Positions 57,157 to 64,000 of a stretch of 64,000 bases of DNA are shown here, one piece after another; the first letter of the stretch is position 1, and each line of letters begins with the position of its first letter. A program made the position numbers and the translations under genes. Source of the stretch: Candidatus Latescibacterota bacterium (GTDB taxonomy: Bacteria > Latescibacterota > UBA2968 > UBA8231); NCBI GenBank assembly GCA_965242865.1, contig CBDETK010000013.1, forward strand, positions 3,264,001 to 3,328,000. The letters are read 5' to 3'. Below the pieces are notes generated by a model. The model saw only the letters and a program-made list of their open reading frames with translations, was not told where the DNA came from and did not search any database.

Positions 57157-58206
57157 GTGGCCGGGGCACAAGTGACGCTCTTTGACTTGGCTAATTTGCA
57201 TCGAGGCGCGGTGGCACGGGCGACGACCAATGAGTCCGGGTATTTCGCGCTGCCGCTGGCGTCGTTAGGCGGGTCGGCATTGCCGCAGGGATTTGCCCTA
57301 GGACAGAATTACCCCAACCCATTCAACCCTTCTACTATTATCCCCTATCAACTGCCCACGGCTACGCACGTGCAGATCGATGTGTTTAACGTGTTGGGAC
57401 AGCATGTTGCGACGCTGGTGGACGCGGAGCGGCAGGCCGGTTTTCACGCGGCGAAGTGGGACGCGACCGATGCGGCAGGGCAGGCGATGGCCGCTGGGGT
57501 GTACCTTTATCGGTTGACGGTGGGTGGAGAGCAGCAGATTAAGCGGATGGTGCTCATTGACGGGCAGGCGGGGATAGTAGCGGCGGCTTCCTCGGCAGCA
57601 GCGACTATGTCCACGGATGCGGCGGAGCGGGAATATGGTCTCGTCGTTTCAGGCGAGGGCTTGACGACCTATATGGATGCAGCTTTTGGAGTGCGGGCGG
57701 GGATGGCAGCGGTAGAGTTGGTAGTGGATGCGGCATTGCCTGTGGGGATCGGTCAAAGGATAGCGAGCGGGAAATGGGCTTCGGACAGCCCTCTGTATCG
57801 GGCTCCTGCTTGGTCTCCCGATGGTAGCCAAATCGCCTTCTCGTTTGGTTCTGATATTTACGTGATGGACGCGGATGGCTCTGGGCAGGCGCAAAAGCTA
57901 ACCTCTGAGATGACTGACGAGGGAGACAGCTCCGAGACGACCGACGAAGGGGATGGCTCCGAGACGACCGACGAAGGGGATGACCCTGAGATGACCGACG
58001 AAGGGGATGGCTCCGAGACGACCGACGAAGGGGATGACCCTGAGATGACCGACGAAGGGGATGGCTCCGAGACGACCGACGAAGGGGATGACCCTGAGAT
58101 GACCGACGAAGGGGATGGCTCCGAGACGACCGACGAGGAAGACGACGCTGAAACGACTGACGAGGGGGATGACGCTGAGACGACCGACGAGGGAGTATTA
58201 TACTAG
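57157..58206 (+). pseudogene. Mosaic ORF: FlgD-Ig/T9SS-like domain, one PD40 repeat and acidic tandem repeats; probably degraded
   Basis: LGQNYPNPFNPST..FNVLGQ..GVYLYRL; PAWSPDGSQIAF..DIYVMDADGS; no signal peptide or clear RBS. Confidence 0.65.
57907..58195 (+). repeat. 27-bp tandem repeat, ~10.7 units (E(T/M)TDEGDxx)
   Basis: GAGA(C/T)GACCGACGAAGGGGATG(GCTCC/ACCCT); three exact 54-bp dimers at 57961-58122. Confidence 0.95.
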
Positions 58207-58375
58207 GTCGGAGCGGGATGGCCCTCAGGGGCCTACATCCGGCCTTGGTCGCGTCATCCGGGGCGGCCACTTCGGCCATATCGACGGTGTGCGGTCGGCG
58301 TATCGGCACTTCCACTCGCCCGACGCCCGCAGCTATACCATCGGCGTCCGCCTACTCAGGATTCCGGAGGATTAA
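58193..58375 (+). pseudogene. C-terminal fragment of an FGE-sulfatase (SUMF1) domain
   Basis: PQGPTSGLGRVIRGG..RSAYR..IGVRLLR, in a different frame from the upstream ORF. Confidence 0.75.
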
Positions 58376-58395
58376 TTGCCTATTGCCACTAACCT

Positions 58396-58431
58396 AAAAA
58401 CCGGCCCCTTTCGCAGGGGTCGGTTTTTTTT
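58396..58431 (+). terminator. Rho-independent terminator, possibly bidirectional
   Basis: A5-CCGGCCCCT-TTCGC-AGGGGTCGG-T8. Confidence 0.85.
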
Positions 58432-58446
58432 ATTTGTACGTCCAAT

Positions 58447-58592
58447 AGATTTCTACGACCAAGTCCGGTGCGCCGAGGACATTCGCGCCGCCGAGCAACA
58501 GGGGCGCTCGCTCGTGGGAGACGAACAGGAGATCGGGCTGAACTGCGTCGCAGGGGGCGAAAAAGACCTCGCCCAAGCCTTGCTCCCGTACG
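58447..58592 (-). pseudogene. Internal fragment of the Uma2 endonuclease gene
   Basis: Matches 60243-60409 with a 21-bp deletion. Confidence 0.88.
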
Positions 58593-58606
58593 TAAGGATG
58601 TATTAC

Positions 58607-58680
58607 CTTGGCAATGCCGCTCAACTCGCTACCTTGTTTGCGCTGGCCAATTTATACCTCGTCCGGAGACAACTGATGTA
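58607..58680 (+). pseudogene. C-terminal scrap of an IS5-family transposase
   Basis: NAAQLATLFALANLYLVRRQL resembles the IS5 transposase tail. Confidence 0.55.
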
Positions 58681-58771
58681 TCGCCGCGTATTTGAGTTGG
58701 CGTACTCATTTCTTTTGATACGCCATTCCCTTTTTTTAATCTCCTAACCATATCATATAAAGGAGAAAACA

Positions 58772-59749
58772 ATGTTGTTGAAATCCCTCAAAACCCTGCT
58801 TGGGTTCAGCCTTTTGGGCTTCGTCGTCGGTGTTTGGATTGGCTGCTCGTCCGACGCCTCACCAGTAGCCCCCCAACCTGCCGGCAAAACCCACCTGACC
58901 CTGACCAGTCCGACAGACTCTGACGGGGACGGCATCCCCGACGCCGACAGTACCCAGACCGCCGATTCTGACGGGGACGGCATCCCCGACGCCGACAGTA
59001 CCCAGACCGCCGATTCTGACGGGGACGGCATCCCCGACACCGATAGCACACCGACCTACGTTACGTTCGCCGACACCAGTCTGGAGCGTGCGGTGGGAGA
59101 AGCGCTCGTGGAGGCGTTGATTTTCCCGCAGGTGCCTACCTCGATTACCGTGGCGAATATGAGAAGCCTGACCGTGCTCAAAGCGAATTGGAGAGACATT
59201 AAGAGCTTGGCCGGCCTCGAATACGCTACGAATTTGGACACGCTGAATCTGGGCGGCAACAGCATTACGGCTCTGACTCCGCTGTCCAGCCTGACCAACT
59301 TGAAATGGCTGATGATGGAACGGAACAACATTACGGATGTGAGTCCGCTGTCCAGCCTGACCAACTTGGAAGAGCTGTATCTATACATGAACAAGATTTC
59401 GGATGTGAGTCCATTGGCCAGTCTGACCAACTTGACACGTCTGATGATAGGCGAGAACGAGGGAATTTCGGATATGAGTCCGTTGGCCAGTCTGCCCAAG
59501 TTGAAATGGCTGAAGATGAGAGGCGCCGGGATTGACGATGCGGAATTGCAAACGTTTGAAGGTCTGACCAACTTGACATTCCTGAGCCTGAACGGCAGCC
59601 CCTTTACGGATATAGAGCCGTTGACCTGTCTGCCCAACTTGGAAATCCTGAGGCTGGTTAAGGTTCACAACCTCAACGACGTATCTAAGAACACATATAT
59701 CCCTTACTTGCGAGCAAAAGACGTCGAGGTAACGTTGAATTGGGAATGA
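58772..59749 (+). CDS. Internalin-like leucine-rich-repeat lipoprotein 2
   Basis: Lipobox WIGC; LTNLxxLxLxxNxIxDVSPL repeats; DSDGDGIPD repeats. Confidence 0.92.
   Translation: MLLKSLKTLLGFSLLGFVVGVWIGCSSDASPVAPQPAGKTHLTLTSPTDSDGDGIPDADSTQTADSDGDGIPDADSTQTADSDGDGIPDTDSTPTYVTFADTSLERAVGEALVEALIFPQVPTSITVANMRSLTVLKANWRDIKSLAGLEYATNLDTLNLGGNSITALTPLSSLTNLKWLMMERNNITDVSPLSSLTNLEELYLYMNKISDVSPLASLTNLTRLMIGENEGISDMSPLASLPKLKWLKMRGAGIDDAELQTFEGLTNLTFLSLNGSPFTDIEPLTCLPNLEILRLVKVHNLNDVSKNTYIPYLRAKDVEVTLNWE
58916..59050 (+). repeat. 48-bp tandem repeat x~2.8 (DSDGDGIPDADSTQTA)
   Basis: Direct inspection; DxDxDG Ca-binding-like motif. Confidence 0.92.
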
Positions 59750-59787
59750 CGCATAAGGCGCATTCGGCGTCCACCGTCGTCATATTT

Positions 59788-59831
59788 GGGAATTATATAC
59801 TTGATAAAGCAAAGTCAAGTATATAATTCCC
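59788..59831 (+). terminator. Second copy of the 17-bp inverted repeat, after LRR gene 2
   Basis: Identical to 57067-57110. Confidence 0.65.
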
Positions 59832-59877
59832 TTTTTCATATTGACCGAACTAAGCGGAGATTGCCGCTGGGCGGCCA

Positions 59878-60012
59878 GTGGCCGGGGCACAAGTGACGCT
59901 CTTTGACTTGGCTAATTTGCATCGAGGCGCGGTGGCACGGGCGACGACCAATGAGTCCGGGTATTTCGCGCTGTCGCTGTCGTCGTTAGGGGGGTCGGCA
60001 TTGCCGCAGGGT
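59878..60012 (+). pseudogene. Truncated second copy of the 57157 ORF N-terminus
   Basis: Same GAQVTLFDLANLHRG..ALPQG, cut at the convergent Uma2 stop. Confidence 0.85.
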
Positions 60013-60573
60013 TTAGCCCACTGCAAAAATCTCGTTCAGATCAACGGCGAAGCCTTCAAGCGTCGGCGAGGTCAGCGTCTGTCCTTCGCCGTACAGCCCC
60101 ACCATCTCGAAAGTGTCCCCATCCAGCCGCAGCACCGTCGCGGTCCGAGCCTCTGGATCGACCAGCCAGTATTCCCGCACCCCGTGCTTTGCATACAGGC
60201 CGCGCTTGAGCGTCCGGTCGCGCCCGGCCGTGGAGGGCGACAAGATTTCTACGACCAAGTCCGGTGCGCCGAGGACATTCGCGCCGCCGAGCAACAGGTG
60301 TGCTCGCTCGTGGGAGACAAACAGGAGGTCTGGCTGAACTACGTCTGTGTTCGACAACACTACGTCGCAGGGGGCGAAAAAGACCTCGCCCAAGCCTTGC
60401 TCCCGTACGAAGCCATAGAGCCGAACTCCTAGCCTAACACCAATTCGCTGATGTCCTAAATTAGGCGCGGGGGACATGATCAATTCTCCGTCCAATAACT
60501 CGTAGCGTTGGTCATCCGGGGTGTGCTGATAGTCCTCATAGGTGAACTTGACAGCCGGCGTGGGGCTGAGCAT
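60013..60573 (-). CDS. Uma2 family PD-(D/E)XK endonuclease
   Basis: YELLDGEL..P..H, VQPDL, PDLVVEILSPST..D..K..Y..GVREYWLVDP; GAGGAGG RBS. Confidence 0.93.
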   Translation of the reverse strand: MLSPTPAVKFTYEDYQHTPDDQRYELLDGELIMSPAPNLGHQRIGVRLGVRLYGFVREQGLGEVFFAPCDVVLSNTDVVQPDLLFVSHERAHLLLGGANVLGAPDLVVEILSPSTAGRDRTLKRGLYAKHGVREYWLVDPEARTATVLRLDGDTFEMVGLYGEGQTLTSPTLEGFAVDLNEIFAVG

Positions 60574-60739
60574 GGCAACCCTCCTCTCGTGTTTCTGCTG
60601 TTCTCGTTGCGTCCGGGACGAGGGCAAGATTCCCTCGGCCCTCGTAAGGCTAACGGCTGGTATGGTGTAGCAAGAGAAAATATATAAAAACAAAACCCTT
60701 CAACTGCCTGCCAAAGACTCGTCGCGCGCCGTTTTTAAT

Positions 60740-60785
60740 AAAAAAAACGGGGAGCTAGCGGACGAAAATGTCCACCAACTCCCCG
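60740..60785 (-). terminator. Putative terminator of the small HTH-like gene
   Basis: CGGGGAG..CTCCCCG stem preceded by A8 on the + strand. Confidence 0.6.
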
Positions 60786-60812
60786 CTGGCCGAGCGCGGC
60801 TTGCGATGCCTA

Positions 60813-61067
60813 TTAGTTGAGGTCGAGGACCTCCTCTAGCGCCTCGATCTCTTGCAGGTCCATGTCGATGTCTAAGAGATCGGCTTCGCGCTGGCGGAAG
60901 AACTCCTCGCGCCGCCGCCGCTTGCGCGCATAAGGGGTCTCGATGTTGTAGAGCCGGCAGAGCCGGCTGAAACTGCCCGGGGCAATACCCAGCGCGCGGC
61001 TCGCTTCTTGGTTGCTCGCGTAGATGCGGGCCGCGCGCTTGATGCGTTCTGGTTCGATTTTGCGCAT
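60813..61067 (-). CDS. Small HTH-like hypothetical protein
   Basis: NQEASRALGIAPGSFSRLCR; GGAGAG RBS; downstream terminator. Confidence 0.7.
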   Translation of the reverse strand: MRKIEPERIKRAARIYASNQEASRALGIAPGSFSRLCRLYNIETPYARKRRRREEFFRQREADLLDIDMDLQEIEALEEVLDLN

Positions 61068-61829
61068 GAGTTGCTTTCTCTCCAGATCTTCAATTGGTGT
61101 GAAGTTCGACGAAATTCAACGAAAAAAAGCCGCAGCATTTTTGCGCCACGGCCATCAAAAAAGCCGCTGGAAAGCGGCTGTATCGAGTTCGATGTATCGC
61201 CGGTTTCCGGGACGCAAAAGTGCCCTCCTTCTCGAAAGCGCTGTCCCGAAAACCCCGTGGGAAAGCCCTTGCATACGCGGTCCATTGCGGAGGCGAAGGG
61301 AATTCCCGATGCGGCTGGGCGTTTTAGCCAGCCGATGCACACAACCTGAAGAGTCGTGCGTATATCCTAAGAGTTGGGACGAACGCGCAACGCGCGGATG
61401 CTGTTCGTAGCCCTCATATTTGGGACCTTATGGCCGCCCCCATTGGGGAACTGGCTCCTGAGAGTACTACACGAAGATCGACGTGCGAAGAGAATCATTC
61501 TTTGAGGCCTCCTCTCCATGGTGATGTGCATTTGCTTTGCACGGTTTTTGACTGCCTTTTAGTTTCAAGGTCAAGGTGATATATTGTCAAGGAAAAAATG
61601 CCTAAATTACAAAAATTAAAGAACTTTACGTCATTTTCTGAATATCTCTTAGTTAATACGAATACTTATAACAAATTCTGCGATCACCTCATCGCCGGCT
61701 GCGAGCCACACCGGCGGTTTGTGCGCAAACCCCACGCCCTGCGGGGTGCCCGTGAGGGCATGTCTTTCTCCTTTGTTTTCCAGCACTTGCACAAACGTTA
61801 AGGCCGGGCTGGTAGAACGTCAAATAACC

Positions 61830-61858
61830 TTGACGCTTGGAGTGGGGCCGCCTATTTT
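61830..61858 (+). promoter_or_regulatory. Sigma70-like promoter for the BMC operon
   Basis: TTGACG-N17-TATTTT, ~40 bp before the start. Confidence 0.45.
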
Positions 61859-61896
61859 CCCCATTCTATTAGTAAACCCAACTCGAGGAAAAGAGC

Positions 61897-63309
61897 GTGC
61901 CCCCCAACGTCAGCGAAGAACATGTACGCAAGATAGTCGAAGAAGTGGTGCAGCGGGTCGTCAGCGGCCAAGATGGTCGCGACGGGGAGGACACCGGCGT
62001 CTTCGCGACAATCGACGCGGCGGTCCAAGGCGCAACCCGCGCCCAGCAGCAGTTGGTTGCCTCGTCGCTGGAGAAGCGCAAAAAGATCGTCGAGGCCCTC
62101 CGGCAGACAGCGCACGCCCATGCCGAGGAGTTTTCGCGCCGGGCCTTGGTCGAGACCGGGATGGGGCGGTTGGAAGACAAGATCGTCAAGCACCAAGTCG
62201 CGGCCGATACAACGCCCGGCGTCGAAGACCTAGAGGCGACTTCGTGGACCGGCGACCACGGGCTGACCGTCGTCGAAATGGCCCCCTACGGGGTCATCGG
62301 CGCAGTCACCCCATCGACCCATCCCGTGCCGACGATGGTCAACAACGCGATATGCATTGTCGCCGCGGGCAACTCGGTCGTCTTCAACGTCCATCCCGCG
62401 GGCAAAAAGGTCTCTATGTTTGCGGTGGGCTTGATCAATCGAGCCATCGTCGCGGCTGGTGGACCGGCCAATTTGGTGACCGCGGTCCAAACGCCGACCC
62501 TTGAAACCGCCAACGAATTGTTCAACCACCCGGATATCCGCCTCCTGCTGGTCACAGGCGGGCCGGGAGTGGCCAAGGCCGCGCTGGCCAGCCCCAAAAA
62601 GGCCATCGTCGCCGGCCCGGGCAATCCGCCGGTAGTGGTCGATGAAACGGCCGATTTGGCCCAAGCCGCGCGCGACATCATCGACGGAGGCGGCTTCGAC
62701 AACAACATTCTCTGCATCGGCGAGAAGCAGGTCTTTGCCGTCGCTTCAATTGCCGACGAACTCAAGCGGCTGATGGTCCAGTACAATGCCTACGAGCTCG
62801 ATGCGCGGCAGATCGAAGCCCTCGCGCAGGTGGCCTTTGTGCAAGGGCCGGACGGGGAGTGCGCAGCCAACCGCGAACTGGTGGGGCGCGACGCGGCCGT
62901 GCTGGCCGACCGCATCGGCCTCCGGCTCGATTCGTCGTTGCGCCTGCTCATTGGCGAGACCGACGCCAATCACGTTTTTGTGCGCGAGGAGCAGATGATG
63001 CCCTTTTTGCCGATCGTGCGGGTCCCCAACATCGATCAAGCCATCCGCGAGGCCGTCATCTCCGAGCACGGCTACGGGCACACGGCCGTGATCCATTCGC
63101 GCAACATCGAAAACATGCACAACATGGCCCGCGCCGTAGATACCACTATTTTCGTCAAGAATGGCCCTTCCTATGCCGGGGTTGGCTTGGGCGGCGAGGG
63201 CTTTGGGACCTACTCCATCGCCGGGCCTACGGGCGAGGGCCTGACCTCGCCGCGCACCTTTACCCGCCAGCGCCGCTGCGCCCTCGTTGATTACTTCCGC
63301 ATCGCCTGA
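61897..63309 (+). CDS. BMC-associated CoA-acylating aldehyde dehydrogenase (EutE/PduP family)
   Basis: PYGVIGAVTPSTHP, TGGPGV, AGPGNPPVVVDETAD, FDNNILCIGEK, GPTGEG; N-terminal encapsulation-like helix. Confidence 0.93.
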   Translation: MPPNVSEEHVRKIVEEVVQRVVSGQDGRDGEDTGVFATIDAAVQGATRAQQQLVASSLEKRKKIVEALRQTAHAHAEEFSRRALVETGMGRLEDKIVKHQVAADTTPGVEDLEATSWTGDHGLTVVEMAPYGVIGAVTPSTHPVPTMVNNAICIVAAGNSVVFNVHPAGKKVSMFAVGLINRAIVAAGGPANLVTAVQTPTLETANELFNHPDIRLLLVTGGPGVAKAALASPKKAIVAGPGNPPVVVDETADLAQAARDIIDGGGFDNNILCIGEKQVFAVASIADELKRLMVQYNAYELDARQIEALAQVAFVQGPDGECAANRELVGRDAAVLADRIGLRLDSSLRLLIGETDANHVFVREEQMMPFLPIVRVPNIDQAIREAVISEHGYGHTAVIHSRNIENMHNMARAVDTTIFVKNGPSYAGVGLGGEGFGTYSIAGPTGEGLTSPRTFTRQRRCALVDYFRIA

Positions 63310-63623
63310 TGCTCTTGGGCCAAGTCAAAGGGCACTTGGTTGCCACGGCCAAGGTCCCGAGCCTCAACGGCAAGAAGCTCTTAGTCGTCGAAATCGCGTC
63401 GGTGCGCGAGCACGGTCTGGTGCTGACGGGGCGGGATATGGTCTGCATTGACGCGGTACAGGCGGGCATGGGCGAGCTGGTAATTTTGGTGCAGGGCAGC
63501 TCGTCGCGGATCGCCCCAGACTTGGGCGATGTGCCAACCGACGCGGTAATCGTCGGGATCGTCGATTCGCTACAGGCCATGGGCAAGGATTTCGACTGTC
63601 GGCAACTGAGTCGCGAAAGATAA
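63309..63623 (+). CDS. BMC vertex protein (EutN/CcmL)
   Basis: GQVKGHLVATAK..L.GKKLL..DAVQAGMGE.V..GSSSR..DAVIVGIVD. Confidence 0.93.
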   Translation: MLLGQVKGHLVATAKVPSLNGKKLLVVEIASVREHGLVLTGRDMVCIDAVQAGMGELVILVQGSSSRIAPDLGDVPTDAVIVGIVDSLQAMGKDFDCRQLSRER

Positions 63624-63625
63624 GC

Positions 63626-64000
63626 ATGGGCGTTGCACCCGCGGCCGGATTGGACCGCAAGCAGATCGAGGGGCTGGTGCGCCGGGTGGTGTACGATCAC
63701 CTGCCGGACGCCCAGCTCGCGCAGGCACCGCCCGCCCCGAGGCTGGTCGTCAATATGTCCGCCCGCCACGTCCACCTCAACCAAGAGGGGCTCGACGCGC
63801 TCTTTGGCGCGGGGGCCGAGTTGACCGTCCAGAAGGCCCTGTACCAAGAGGGGGCTTTTGCCGCCGAGCAAACGGTATCGGTTTTTGGGCCGCGCAAGCA
63901 GGTGATTCCCAACGTCCGCATCCTCGGCCCCTTGCGCGATTACAACCAAGTGGAGCTGGCTTTTACGGACGCCCGCTTCTTGGGCATTGACGCGCCAGTG
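63626..64000 (+). CDS. pduL: PduL-family phosphate acyltransferase (partial, runs off the right edge)
   Basis: Manual translation from ATG 63626: SARHVHL..LFG..YQEGAFAA..NVRILGPLR..QVEL..DARFLGI. Confidence 0.9.
   Translation, partial: MGVAPAAGLDRKQIEGLVRRVVYDHLPDAQLAQAPPAPRLVVNMSARHVHLNQEGLDALFGAGAELTVQKALYQEGAFAAEQTVSVFGPRKQVIPNVRILGPLRDYNQVELAFTDARFLGIDAPV

Larger units (their letters stand above)
55996..57290. repeat. Duplicated LRR cassette, copy 1 (copy 2 at ~58689-60010)
   Basis: Near-identical 5' UTR/signal peptide and near-identical 57025-57290 vs 59746-60010; LRR cores diverged. Confidence 0.88.

Noticed and set aside
57907-58195. Regular 27-bp repeats as a CRISPR array
   Set aside because: Units are head-to-tail with no unique spacers, keep reading frame, and no cas genes are present; it is a coding VNTR.
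59878-60432. 184-aa ORF as a real gene
   Set aside because: Only the first ~45 codons match the 57157 ORF; the rest is antisense to Uma2.

Overview
A 64-kb GC-rich bacterial chromosome segment. Gene content (internalin-like LRR lipoproteins, FlgD/T9SS-like tail, PhyH dioxygenases, arylsulfotransferase-like proteins, DUF6785, BMC operon) suggests a Latescibacterota/Gemmatimonadota-like host-associated or marine organism; this is inference. The left third is an ~18-kb minus-strand defence island (712-18612): SNF2 helicase-DUF3883 nuclease, GHKL ATPase-nuclease, C5 methyltransferase, DUF1156 adenine methyltransferase, a second GHKL ATPase-nuclease, HigBA, an orphan AAA_21 ATPase, a DUF499 ATPase and a truncated AAA ATPase. 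It has no integrase. It lies between two copies of an ABC permease segment (1-711 = 19522-20232; 9 SNPs, 8 synonymous), and the cargo downstream of the DUF1156 gene is punctuated by relic copies of that gene's 3' end. The middle holds a sugar ABC/GH172/enolase/FAD-oxidase operon, nth, a RelE-Xre pair, mnmA, ahcY, a 2-oxoacid dehydrogenase whose E2 lacks the catalytic His, two tandem arylsulfotransferase-like paralogs split by a dead IS982 (17-bp TIRs, 8-bp TSD), comEC, a class I LysRS with a degenerate KMSKS loop, infA and an M28/DUF4910-AAC(3) fusion. The right end has an atypical LuxR regulator, a duplicated LRR-lipoprotein cassette with gene debris, Uma2, a possible structured leader RNA and the start of a BMC operon. 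No tRNA, rRNA or CRISPR array was seen. All calls are by motif recognition and manual alignment only.
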